DNA from: Rhabdochlamydiaceae bacterium
GTDB taxonomy: Bacteria; Chlamydiota; Chlamydiia; Chlamydiales; Rhabdochlamydiaceae
Length of the DNA: 36,627 nucleotides
Reading direction: 5' to 3'
NCBI GenBank assembly: GCA_041487155.1
Contig: JBGPMV010000001.1
Location: forward strand, 1-36,627
Part shown: piece by piece, positions 17,278-26,541 of the stretch
How the letters are laid out: each line of letters opens with the position of its first letter
Position numbering within the stretch: position 1 is the stretch's first letter
Program-made: the position numbers and the translations under genes
Notes under the pieces: generated by a model
The model's database searches: none
What the model was told of the DNA's origin: nothing
What the model saw: the letters and a program-made list of their open reading frames with translations, nothing else

Positions 17278-19017
17278 ATGCCCAGATTTAAAACAGTTAC
17301 GTTTTGCTCGGTTTTTTTGCAGACGGCTTTTTTGACAGCTGCCTCGCAGTCTCCTCCGGTTCCGCCTGCGGGCGTTGTCGATCGGCAGATTGAGGAAGAG
17401 TATGAAGTCAAAGAGGTCGAGCCTACAAAAGAAGTTCCGCTTTTGGAATTTGACCTTCCTGCGGACGAGTTGGATGTAGGCGATGAAAAAGTCACCATTC
17501 GGTCTGTGGAGATCGGGGGCAATACAGCCATTCGTGGAAGGGTTTTAAGGCGTCTTGTAAAGGAATATTTGGGCCGTCTTCTTTCGATGAAAGATTTAAA
17601 AGAGATGTGCCGCCTCATCCAAAACACCTATGTGCATAAAGGATATTTTTTAACGCGCGTTTACCTGCCTCCGCAAGAAATCCTGGATGGCGTACTTAGA
17701 ATTGAGGTGATTGAGGGGCGTCTTGGGAATGTATCGGTTGTTGGCAATCGGTTTTATAGCACCAAGTTTATTGCCAGTTATTTTGATCGATATCGGGGTA
17801 AACCCATTCAGTACGATCAAATTTTAAGAACTCTTTTTCTTTTGGGCGAAAACTCCGATTTGGAGGTGGGCGCTGTTTTTAAAAAGGGAGAAAAGTTCGG
17901 AACGGCCGATTTAATTGTGCGAGTTTCGGATAAGAGGCCGATTCATCTCACGCAAGATACCAACAACTATGGATCGGATCACACGACGCACCAGCGGACG
18001 GGAACCCGGCTCGATTACGGCAACTTGATTATGTACGGCGATGCACTGACATTGATAGAAGTGCTGGGATCTCCTATGTCTCATTTGAACTTTACCGATG
18101 TTATTTATCATGCGCCTGTCAATACGATCGGCACTTCGCTGGATGTTTCGTATCTATGCGCTAACTTTAAAACAGACAAGGTGGATCACATCCGTTATGT
18201 GGGCAGATCCCATATCGGAGGAATTAAATTAAACCAGGCTCTGCAGCGCACGAGAATTTTCAACACCGATTGTTTTGCTTCGTTTGATGTGAAGCAGGTT
18301 CAGAACTTCGGTGGGGGAAAACGAACGAGCTTTGATAAGCTGAGGATTATAAGCGGCGGGATGTACATCGACTACATCGATCGTTTGAAGGGTCGCAATT
18401 TATTTAACTTTTCTTTGGGCTGGGGCATTCCGGGGATTTTTGGGGGATCGTCTGCAAAAAGCGATGACAGCAGCCGTTTGGGATCGGGCGGGGAATTTCT
18501 TAAAGCAAATTTGGGATGGAAAAGGCTGCAAGAGCTTCCATATAACTGCTTTTTGCTTTTCAATACTGCCTTTCAGTTCAGTCTCGATAAGCTGCCGCTC
18601 CCTGAAGAGTTTTATATTGGAGGGATCGATACGGTCCGAGGCTATCCTTTGGCAGAGGGGATCAGCGATTGTGGATATTATGGAACCGTGGAGCTCCACG
18701 CGCCGCTGCCGTTTCTTAGATCGCACAAGGTTCCGTGGTCCAAAAAACAGACGTGGGGAGAGTTTTTACAATTTGTCGGGTTTCTCGATATGGGGCAGAC
18801 GTTTTCTTTGGGCACAGATATTTTGCGTGAAAAAAATGACGATTCCGATCATACAAAACTTGATGGCCGTGTAATGCTCATGTCTGTCGGTCCGGGGATT
18901 CGCCTGCACGGGCCGTGGAAGCTGGAATGGAGCTTTGATGTCGGGTTCCCGCTGACGGAAAGACACCGTTCATCCAACACGATCACTTATTTTAGAGTTG
19001 CATGGAAAATTTTATAA
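17278..19017 (+). CDS. ShlB/FhaC/HecB family (TpsB) outer-membrane transporter
   Basis: Signal peptide; POTRA motif YVHKGYFLTRVYLPPQEILDGVLRIEVIEG; NNYGS; IGGIDTVRGY (VRGY loop-6 motif). Confidence 0.92.
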   Translation: MPRFKTVTFCSVFLQTAFLTAASQSPPVPPAGVVDRQIEEEYEVKEVEPTKEVPLLEFDLPADELDVGDEKVTIRSVEIGGNTAIRGRVLRRLVKEYLGRLLSMKDLKEMCRLIQNTYVHKGYFLTRVYLPPQEILDGVLRIEVIEGRLGNVSVVGNRFYSTKFIASYFDRYRGKPIQYDQILRTLFLLGENSDLEVGAVFKKGEKFGTADLIVRVSDKRPIHLTQDTNNYGSDHTTHQRTGTRLDYGNLIMYGDALTLIEVLGSPMSHLNFTDVIYHAPVNTIGTSLDVSYLCANFKTDKVDHIRYVGRSHIGGIKLNQALQRTRIFNTDCFASFDVKQVQNFGGGKRTSFDKLRIISGGMYIDYIDRLKGRNLFNFSLGWGIPGIFGGSSAKSDDSSRLGSGGEFLKANLGWKRLQELPYNCFLLFNTAFQFSLDKLPLPEEFYIGGIDTVRGYPLAEGISDCGYYGTVELHAPLPFLRSHKVPWSKKQTWGEFLQFVGFLDMGQTFSLGTDILREKNDDSDHTKLDGRVMLMSVGPGIRLHGPWKLEWSFDVGFPLTERHRSSNTITYFRVAWKIL

Positions 19018-20954
19018 TTCTGCTACTACTTACAGCGCCTCTTTGCCTTGCTGCGCTTCCGGGCAAGCCTGAAGTTATCAAGGGTGAGTGCTCCCATGAA
19101 ACATCCGGTCAAAGCGAGGTGCTGCGCGTCACGGATAAGACGATCTTAGAGTACCAAAAGTTTAACCTGGAAAAAGAAGAGCATGTGAGGTACGAGCAAC
19201 CGAGCTCGAAATCAACGCTTCTTTGCCGTGTCAAGGGGAGTGGAGCCTCCACGATCCGCGGACGGCTGGAAGCCAATGGGAAGCTGTTATTGATCAACCC
19301 CCAGGGTGTTATTTTTTCTGAAACAGCCCATGTCAGTGTTGGTACACTCATTGCATCGACGCTTGACATCCGCAATGACGATTTTTTAAACGGCTCTTAT
19401 AAGTTTAGGTTAGATCCAAGCGCTGAAAATAAATCCATTGTCAACAAAGGGCGCATTGAAGCCGGTCAAAACGTGGTTTTGATGGCGTCTAAAGTCGTCA
19501 ACCAAGGTGTAATCGTTGCAAAGACTGGCAAGATTGCTCTTCTTGGCGGAGAGATGGTAACGCTTGCATTTGACGGCGATGAAAAGATCCAGTTTGCTAT
19601 CGATGCCCCCCTCAAAAATGGATCGATTGAGCAGCAAGGCGCGCTCATCGGCGGTGAGGTTTATATGAAGCTTCCGATGGCTCAAAAGGCGATCCGAAGT
19701 GTGTTAAACGATACGGGGGTTGTTGAAGCCGGTCGCATTGAAATTACGGATGGAGTGATCTCACTTAAAGCCGGCAGCTCGGTTGAGGCGCAGCGCTTTT
19801 CTGTAGAGGGCGAGGTCATTCATCAGCACGAAAAAGTCGCTATCAAAGGGCCAGTGCATTACAAGGCCAAGCAGATTTTTTTAGGGGATGATATCACGAC
19901 AACGGCCGATATCATGCTGGATGGCGCTACGACTTTGTTTAACAAAGATGTAATCTCTTTAAATGCCAACAAATACAATAAAGGGAAGGTTGTTTTAACC
20001 TCAACGCTGGATAGTGATAGCCGTTCGCGGTCGCTGAAGATAAACAACGGAAAATCCCCCACTGAAATCCGAGGAGCTATTGGAAAAAAAGGACCTCTTC
20101 AAAATCTCGTCATCGATTCTGGAAAAGTGATCGTGCAGGGTGATATCGGAGGGATCAAGCCGGGAGTTATGGGACAGCTGTCGATCAAATCTGTTGAAGT
20201 CGAATTTAAGGGGTCAACGATTCACACGGGCGAACAGTTGTGGAATGTTGCCGCCGTCCATTTAACGCATCAAGGAAGCGTAGAGCTCAAAACAGCCGGA
20301 CGGCCGCTTAGCTTCGGGCAAGATGCGCGTCTAGAGCTTGATGCAACAACGGCGCTCACGATTACAACACAGGGAGGAACGTTAGATCTTCCACCGATCA
20401 TCTCCGATCGTCTCCAACCGATTACAATTTCATCAGGGCATGGACAGGTGCATCTCAAAGAAATCGGGAAGCAAGTGACCCAGCTTCATGTCAAAGGAGG
20501 CGATCTCTATATCAATGGCCATCTGGAAGCAGACGAAATCTTTATGGCAGCAGACCATCATTTAGAGTACAAAAAAGACGTTATCTCTACGGCCATCCAA
20601 TCTAAAGGGACCCTCACGCTGAACTCAAAACAAGGCGTGGTAGGATCGCCTGAGAACCCCCTTAACATCAACACAAAGGCAGATTTGTTTGTAGGCGCCA
20701 AAACAGTTGCCTATTTAGAAGGTCGATGCGCAGACCAAAATCCTCATGTTTATCCGCCTAACCCTCCCAAACGAACTTTTTTCAACGGGTATGAGTTCAA
20801 TAACATTTTCATGGAAGATCTCTTAGCAGAAGACGAAGCCCTTTTAAAAACGCTCTTGCCTGCGCTGGGTCAAAAAATGCCTACAGCTTTTATAAATGGC
20901 TTGAGCCTTAAACCACGCAGGGTACTCATCTATTATGACATTTCCACCCACTGA
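19002..20954 (+). CDS. Filamentous-haemagglutinin N-terminal (TPS) domain protein, TpsA
   Basis: Signal peptide; FNL...QPSSKS...RVKG...STIRGRLEANGKLLLINPQGVIF...LIASTLD TPS domain; beta-helix-like body; overlaps tpsB by 16 bp. Confidence 0.88.
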   Translation: MENFIILLLLTAPLCLAALPGKPEVIKGECSHETSGQSEVLRVTDKTILEYQKFNLEKEEHVRYEQPSSKSTLLCRVKGSGASTIRGRLEANGKLLLINPQGVIFSETAHVSVGTLIASTLDIRNDDFLNGSYKFRLDPSAENKSIVNKGRIEAGQNVVLMASKVVNQGVIVAKTGKIALLGGEMVTLAFDGDEKIQFAIDAPLKNGSIEQQGALIGGEVYMKLPMAQKAIRSVLNDTGVVEAGRIEITDGVISLKAGSSVEAQRFSVEGEVIHQHEKVAIKGPVHYKAKQIFLGDDITTTADIMLDGATTLFNKDVISLNANKYNKGKVVLTSTLDSDSRSRSLKINNGKSPTEIRGAIGKKGPLQNLVIDSGKVIVQGDIGGIKPGVMGQLSIKSVEVEFKGSTIHTGEQLWNVAAVHLTHQGSVELKTAGRPLSFGQDARLELDATTALTITTQGGTLDLPPIISDRLQPITISSGHGQVHLKEIGKQVTQLHVKGGDLYINGHLEADEIFMAADHHLEYKKDVISTAIQSKGTLTLNSKQGVVGSPENPLNINTKADLFVGAKTVAYLEGRCADQNPHVYPPNPPKRTFFNGYEFNNIFMEDLLAEDEALLKTLLPALGQKMPTAFINGLSLKPRRVLIYYDISTH

Positions 20955-22152
20955 TCTTGTGATCATCGGAGGCGGCGCAGCAGGAATTTTTGCCGCGCTC
21001 TCTGCAAAAGAGGCTCATCCCTCTCTCTCTGTTACGCTGCTTGAAAAATCAGCCGTTTTCCTTTCAAAAGTGCGTGTGTCCGGCGGAGGAAGATGCAATG
21101 TCACACACGCCTGCTTTGATCCTCAAAAACTTGTCCAAAATTACCCCAGAGGCGGGAAAGAGTTGCTCGGGGCTTTCCACAGGTTCCAGCCCCAAGACAC
21201 GATCGCTTGGTTTGAGAAACGCTCTGTTAAACTTAAAACAGAAGCCGACGGGCGGATGTTTCCTGTCACAGACAGCTCTCAAACCATCATCGATGCGTTG
21301 TTAAAGGAATCTGAGCGCCTCGGCGTCAACTTCCAAACCCGTCAGCACATCATCACGATTTTTCACACCGAAGGAGAGTTTCATATTCAGTTTCGTGATG
21401 GAACGACGCTTCGTACAAAAGCGCTCATTCTTGCAACAGGAAGCAGCCCTGATGGATACCGGCTGGCTGAATCCCTTGGCCATACCATCCAGCCTCCTGT
21501 TCCCTCTCTATTCACCTTTAATGTTCCTACCTCAAGGCTTGCGGTGCACTCAGGCGTGGCCGTCCAAAGCGTGACCGTCACCGTCCCTGCGGCGGGCATG
21601 AAGCAAACAGGCCCTCTCCTGATCACCCATTTTGGATTTAGCGGACCGGCGGTTCTTAAACTCTCTGCATGGGCCGCCCGCGAGCTGAACGCGCTTGAAT
21701 ACAAAACCACGATCCACATCAACTGGGTGCCCTCACTGTCGCTTGAAGAGGTTAAAACAGAGCTCAAAGCCTTCAAAGAGAAGCATCCTGCCAAAACCCT
21801 AGGCGTTCAGCCTCTTTTTGATCTTCCGAAAAACCTTTGGAAAACTCTCTGCGGAGATCTTGCAGATAAACTTTTTTCGCAGCTGAGCCGCCCAGATCTA
21901 GAAAAACTGTCCCAAACTCTCCATGCAGACCCTTACCAAATGGATGGCAAGACAACACATAAGGAAGAGTTTGTTACGTGCGGCGGTGTGACATTAAAAG
22001 AAGTCGATTTTAAAACCATGCAAAGCAAAATCGTCCCCGGCCTGTTCTTTGCCGGGGAGATTTTAAACATCGACGGGGTAACCGGAGGATTTAATTTCCA
22101 AAACGCCTGGACAACCGGCTATTTAGCCGGCCAGGCTTGTGCAGAGCGCTAG
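20935..22152 (+). CDS. HI0933/YhiN (BaiN-like) NAD(P)/FAD-dependent oxidoreductase
   Basis: IIGGGAAG, KVRVSGGGRCNVT, GRMFP, LITHFGFSGPAVL, VTCGGV, GE..NIDGVTGGFNFQNAWTTG. Confidence 0.93.
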   Translation: MTFPPTDLVIIGGGAAGIFAALSAKEAHPSLSVTLLEKSAVFLSKVRVSGGGRCNVTHACFDPQKLVQNYPRGGKELLGAFHRFQPQDTIAWFEKRSVKLKTEADGRMFPVTDSSQTIIDALLKESERLGVNFQTRQHIITIFHTEGEFHIQFRDGTTLRTKALILATGSSPDGYRLAESLGHTIQPPVPSLFTFNVPTSRLAVHSGVAVQSVTVTVPAAGMKQTGPLLITHFGFSGPAVLKLSAWAARELNALEYKTTIHINWVPSLSLEEVKTELKAFKEKHPAKTLGVQPLFDLPKNLWKTLCGDLADKLFSQLSRPDLEKLSQTLHADPYQMDGKTTHKEEFVTCGGVTLKEVDFKTMQSKIVPGLFFAGEILNIDGVTGGFNFQNAWTTGYLAGQACAER

Positions 22153-23414
22153 TCCCCATAGGTCAGTTCTGCCACCTGTATACCATTGTCATAGCCGTTA
22201 GAGACGATCCAAGAGACCCATCCTCGGCCTTCACCGGAAAGAGCTAAAGAGGGTTTAATGCAGGAGAAGTTTGAAGAGGAGAGCAAAACAGGATTGGACC
22301 AGGCGCGGGTTTTCGTTGAAAAGAAAGCTCCGCAAATGACAGATCGATAAACGTTTCTAAAATTTTGCAAGCACTTGAACCGCTCTGTCCAAATCACAAC
22401 CATATTGCCCTGGCGATCGCTTTTAATATCTTTGATATTTATAGAACCCGTCCTAGGTAATGGCACGCAGGTGTGCATCCATTCTTGACCTGCCTCTTTA
22501 TAAGAGGCTTGGAGAAATTTTCTATTGCCGTCTTGATAAACAACAAAAATGTCGTCATTAGGGCTCAACGCAAACTTATAGCCCCAGACTCTATCCAAAT
22601 GGACAGAAGACTTCTCTTCACCTGTAATCGTCATGATATTTATTCCGTTATCATCTTCCCATTTGACTACAGCTAGATCACGACCTTGGTATCCTGTCAT
22701 ATTACGATAATCGTATGATCTACACGGGCCCTGATATAAGAGTTGCGGAGGTGACCATTGGCCGTTATTGTACCAACAGGCTTTTATTGAGGTTGTATTA
22801 GCCATCCAATCCGATTGCATTGCTAGCCCAAAGCCTTGTCCTTCAATGTTGATAGCTAGAGTCATTGCTGATGGGTTATTTGTATCAGATGAGGCTAGGT
22901 TAAAAAACTGGGTAGCTATCGGTTTAGTGGTTTCTATGAATTCACCAAAGTCATCGTTAGTTCCATGGGAGACAAGTGTGCCATTGTCTAGCATAGCGAC
23001 GCTCTTGCCTTTATAGTCGAGGCAGAATGGAGCGCTCCAGATTTCATCGGAAGTTTTTTGACCATAATAAATGGCATCCTTGCCTTTTTTATGTTCGATC
23101 CAATGAAATGAGGCCATGCCTGTTTCATCCATAACAACTTGATAATGATTATTCCGGAAAGCTGAGCCAAGCCGCTGAGGTTCTGTCCAAGGCTCTTCGG
23201 AGCTTTTGAATGAAACAAAAAAAGATCTCTCATTATTGTCGAGATTCTCTTTTGAGAAAAGCAAAGCAGCCGCTCCTTTACTGTTGGAGGCAATCTTAGG
23301 CTTTTGAGTGTCGGTAGGATGTTCATTTATAAAATTGGCGGGTTCAGCACATTTTAAGAATGCTGCATGAACCGAACATGTGAGAACAATGAAAATTAAG
23401 CATTTTTTCAACAT
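22149..23414 (-). CDS. Secreted hypothetical protein, probable beta-propeller
   Basis: Signal peptide; recurring W-[ST]-x-P-x-x-L motifs (WTEPQRL, WSAPFCL, WSPPQLL, WSNPVLL) followed by hydrophobic-D/N-x-x-G-x-x-x-x-x-W strands. Confidence 0.7.
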   Translation of the reverse strand: MLKKCLIFIVLTCSVHAAFLKCAEPANFINEHPTDTQKPKIASNSKGAAALLFSKENLDNNERSFFVSFKSSEEPWTEPQRLGSAFRNNHYQVVMDETGMASFHWIEHKKGKDAIYYGQKTSDEIWSAPFCLDYKGKSVAMLDNGTLVSHGTNDDFGEFIETTKPIATQFFNLASSDTNNPSAMTLAINIEGQGFGLAMQSDWMANTTSIKACWYNNGQWSPPQLLYQGPCRSYDYRNMTGYQGRDLAVVKWEDDNGINIMTITGEEKSSVHLDRVWGYKFALSPNDDIFVVYQDGNRKFLQASYKEAGQEWMHTCVPLPRTGSINIKDIKSDRQGNMVVIWTERFKCLQNFRNVYRSVICGAFFSTKTRAWSNPVLLSSSNFSCIKPSLALSGEGRGWVSWIVSNGYDNGIQVAELTYGD

Positions 23415-23423
23415 AAAAACTTC

Positions 23424-23882
23424 CTATTTTTTTTTACGGAGTTGAAAATCAGGATTTTCGCTCGTTTCTACGATCAGATGAGCCTTATCAGCGCTAATTC
23501 CTACTGTAGTGTCATATAAGGTAGAAAGCATGGGTTCGATTTTTTCCCAACTTTTCAAATCACCGCTTAAATAGCCTCGTCGTTTTTCTGTGAAACGAAC
23601 ATAGCAGGTCTTTTGAATTTTGACGGTGAGATTGGGAAGGCACTCAAGAGAAAAAAATGGGGCCTTCATGAAATACGCGACCGGGAGACTCATGTTTTCA
23701 CGGCATTCAACGGCTGTCGTTGGAAGCCGGCCCGCAAGCAGCTCTTTAGATATTGCAGGAGTTATGTCTGTCAGAAGAATTATCTGATTAATCTCGCTTA
23801 AGTTCTCCAGTGATTTATGACCGCTTTTTGCAAAGACGGTAGATAGTGAGACCGTCAGCAACAGAAACAATAATTTTTTCAT
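23424..23882 (-). CDS. Secreted hypothetical protein
   Basis: Start moved to ATG 23882 (GGAGG SD); MKKLLFLLLTVSLSTVFA signal peptide; 9 bp from the next gene. Confidence 0.7.
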   Translation of the reverse strand: MKKLLFLLLTVSLSTVFAKSGHKSLENLSEINQIILLTDITPAISKELLAGRLPTTAVECRENMSLPVAYFMKAPFFSLECLPNLTVKIQKTCYVRFTEKRRGYLSGDLKSWEKIEPMLSTLYDTTVGISADKAHLIVETSENPDFQLRKKK

Positions 23883-23959
23883 AAAACCTCCATTTTGATT
23901 TTTAAATGGTACAGTAATTATCTTTTTGAGAAAATATCTTTTTCTCAAAGGAGGTCACA

Positions 23960-25240
23960 ATGGGTATTGATTCAGTTGCCGGTAGTGCAGAGCCAAGAGA
24001 TGTGCATGAAAGTTTCAAAGAAGAGCAGCATTCAGCGCTTGAGCACAATGTGGATGAACAACGGAGCAAGATCTATGTGCCTCCACAAATTTTGGTTTTT
24101 AAACCGGTTGTCAGTGCTCCCTTATGGACAATTTATGATCACGCAGGAGATGGAAAAATCCGAGATGTTTTTACTTCTTCACAGTTTCTGAAAACCACAC
24201 TGGATTATTCCTGTGAGGGAACCAACTACAAAACATTCCTGATCTATAACCCTGAAAAGTTATCACTAAAGGATAAAGATAAGTATCCTACACTGTTCTC
24301 TAACCGTTTAATTTTCCATTCAGATCCGAAGCTTCCTCCTTTCTTGAAAAAACATTTCGAGGAGCTATCCAATCAAAAAGGCATTGATCCCACGGATATC
24401 CTTTTCCAAGATCCCAATTATCCGTCCTATAAGTTATCAGTTTTAGAAGAACTTGAACCTGTGAAATATGACCCTGCAGGAGATGGAAAAATCCGAGATG
24501 CTTTTTCTTCCTCTCAGTTTTTGAAAACCACGCTGGATTATAACTTCGAAGGAACCGACTACAAAATTTTCCTTCTTTACAATCCTGAAAAATTACCACT
24601 CAAGGATAAAAGTAATTTTTCTGCCCAGTTCTCCAAACCTTTAGTTCTCTTTTCAAAACCGGAACTTCCTTTTTTCTTGGTAAAACATATTGAAGAGCTC
24701 TGCACTCAAAAAGGCATTAATCTTCCGGATATCTTTTCCCCGGGTTCCTATTATCCATCCAATAAGCTATCAATTTTACAAGAACTTGAACCTGTGAAAT
24801 ATGACCCTGCAGGAGATGGAAAAATTCGAGAGGTTTTTACTTCTTCTCAGTTTCTGAAAACAACGCTGGATTATAACTTTGAAGGAACCGACTACAAAAT
24901 TTTCCTTCTGCACAATCCTGAAAAGCTACCTCTGCAGGGTAAAGGTAATTATCCTACGCAGCTGTCTAAACCTTTAGTTCTCTTTTCAGATCCGAAGCTT
25001 CCACCTTTCTTGAAATCACATTTTGAAGATCTATGCAATCAAAACTCCATTAATCTCACGGATATCCTTTTTGAAAATCCCTATTATCCCACCTATAGGC
25101 TATCATTTTTACAAGAACTTGAACTTGTAAAGAACACCGTTCCAGACAAAGTCCCAACGGCAGATCAAGCTCCAAAGCAGAGAGAAGAGATACAACCGTC
25201 TTTGATTGAGCGGCTCTTTAATTGGGCACTCGGCAGATAG
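23960..25240 (+). CDS. Hypothetical protein with three tandem 111-aa repeats
   Basis: AAGGAGG SD; polar N-terminus; three YD[HP]AGDGKIR...LQELE[PL]VK units; amphipathic C-terminus. Confidence 0.85.
   Translation: MGIDSVAGSAEPRDVHESFKEEQHSALEHNVDEQRSKIYVPPQILVFKPVVSAPLWTIYDHAGDGKIRDVFTSSQFLKTTLDYSCEGTNYKTFLIYNPEKLSLKDKDKYPTLFSNRLIFHSDPKLPPFLKKHFEELSNQKGIDPTDILFQDPNYPSYKLSVLEELEPVKYDPAGDGKIRDAFSSSQFLKTTLDYNFEGTDYKIFLLYNPEKLPLKDKSNFSAQFSKPLVLFSKPELPFFLVKHIEELCTQKGINLPDIFSPGSYYPSNKLSILQELEPVKYDPAGDGKIREVFTSSQFLKTTLDYNFEGTDYKIFLLHNPEKLPLQGKGNYPTQLSKPLVLFSDPKLPPFLKSHFEDLCNQNSINLTDILFENPYYPTYRLSFLQELELVKNTVPDKVPTADQAPKQREEIQPSLIERLFNWALGR
24134..25132 (+). repeat. 3 x 333-bp tandem coding repeat
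   Basis: GCAGGAGATGGAAAAAT at 24143, 24476 and 24809 (period exactly 333). Confidence 0.97.
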
Positions 25241-25263
25241 AGATCAGTAAAAAATTTAATCGA

Positions 25264-25292
25264 TTGAAGTTTTCTGTCAAAAGTGTTAAAAT
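25264..25292 (+). promoter_or_regulatory. Putative promoter of the sORF-rlmN-pgsA unit
   Basis: TTGAAG-17 nt-TAAAAT with TGn extension. Confidence 0.55.
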
Positions 25293-25316
25293 TCTTCTCA
25301 AATTAAGGGGTAGCAG

Positions 25317-25469
25317 ATGGAATTTTTACCTATTGTTAATCAGGTTGGAAAACATGCGATGGACAACTTACGTGAAATGATTCATGAAAATGACGCTTTG
25401 AATAAGCAGGCCGATCATATTCGCAGGATTGTAATAGAATTCTTTAATTCTCAACTTGCGACTTTTTAG
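25317..25469 (+). CDS. Small 50-aa protein coupled to rlmN (below ORF-track cutoff)
   Basis: MEFLPIVNQVGKHAMDNLREMIHENDALNKQADHIRRIVIEFFNSQLATF*; AAGGGG SD; TAG overlaps the rlmN GTG (TAGTG). Confidence 0.6.
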   Translation: MEFLPIVNQVGKHAMDNLREMIHENDALNKQADHIRRIVIEFFNSQLATF

Positions 25470-26518
25470 TGAAAAAAATCTATAATCTCACGGAAGCGGA
25501 GCTCACTGAGTGGCTCAAAGAGCACAGGGAGAAGCCGTTTCATGCCAAGCAAATATTTGAATGGCTATTTCAGAAGAAAGTCGAGACCTGGGATCAAATG
25601 TCGAATCTCTCCAAAGAGCTTCGCCAAAAGCTTGCGGGGGCGTTTCATCTTCATAGCCTTAAACTTAAAAAAGTTGTCGATTCTTCCGATGGGGAAACGA
25701 CCAAATTCCTTTGGGAGCTGGTCGATGGCAATCTTGTCGAGTCGGTTTTGATACGGGCGCCTGATCGGAGGACGGTCTGTGTCTCGTCTCAAGTCGGGTG
25801 TCCGGCCAGGTGCGCTTTTTGCGCTTCGGGCAAAAAAGGACTTTTGAGAAATTTAGATCCTGCAGAAATCCTGGAACAGATCATTTTGACCGATCATTAC
25901 CTGTCGAAGGTAGGGGAAAGGGTGTGCCATATCGTTTTCATGGGCATGGGCGAGCCGTTTGAGAATTACGAGAGCGTTTTACGAACGATCAGATCCATCA
26001 TCGATCCAAAAGGGTTGGGGATATCTCAGAGAAAGGTGACGGTGTCAACTGTTGGAATTGTGGAGCAAATTGTCCGGTTTGCGGAGGAAGATTTGAGCGT
26101 TCACTTGGTGCTCTCGCTGCACGCTCCTAATCAAGAGCTGAGAAAAAAGATCATTCCGTACGCCCGCAAATACCTGCTGCCGGATCTTTTGGATGCGATG
26201 CTCTATTATGCACAGAAATCAGGGCGTGACATTACATATGAATACACGCTCATGGAAGGGCTCAACGACCTGCCGCAGCATGCTGAAGAGCTTGCAAAGC
26301 TTGTCAAAGGGCATCCTTGCACGGTCAATCTCATTCCGTACAATCCGGTTGAGGGTCTTCGTTTAAACCGTCCTTCCAAAGAATCGATCGAACAATTTAG
26401 AGAAATACTCATTAATGCGAAAATTCCTACGACATGGCGCTACACCAAGGGGAAAGATATCGCTGCGGCATGCGGTCAATTAGCGCTTGTAGAAAAAATG
26501 ACTACAATTAATTCCTGA
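25469..26518 (+). CDS. rlmN: 23S rRNA m2A2503 radical-SAM methyltransferase RlmN
   Basis: CVSSQVGCPARCAFCASG, VFMGMGEP, SLHAPN, NLIPYN, DIAAACGQL. Confidence 0.97.
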   Translation: MKKIYNLTEAELTEWLKEHREKPFHAKQIFEWLFQKKVETWDQMSNLSKELRQKLAGAFHLHSLKLKKVVDSSDGETTKFLWELVDGNLVESVLIRAPDRRTVCVSSQVGCPARCAFCASGKKGLLRNLDPAEILEQIILTDHYLSKVGERVCHIVFMGMGEPFENYESVLRTIRSIIDPKGLGISQRKVTVSTVGIVEQIVRFAEEDLSVHLVLSLHAPNQELRKKIIPYARKYLLPDLLDAMLYYAQKSGRDITYEYTLMEGLNDLPQHAEELAKLVKGHPCTVNLIPYNPVEGLRLNRPSKESIEQFREILINAKIPTTWRYTKGKDIAAACGQLALVEKMTTINS

Positions 26519-26541
26519 CTCTTTGTATACGTATTCCACAG

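Noticed and set aside
24134-25132. Possible CRISPR array or DGR template/variable repeats
   Set aside because: Units are 333-bp in-frame coding repeats with no unique spacers; differences are not adenine-specific; no cas or reverse transcriptase gene in the window.
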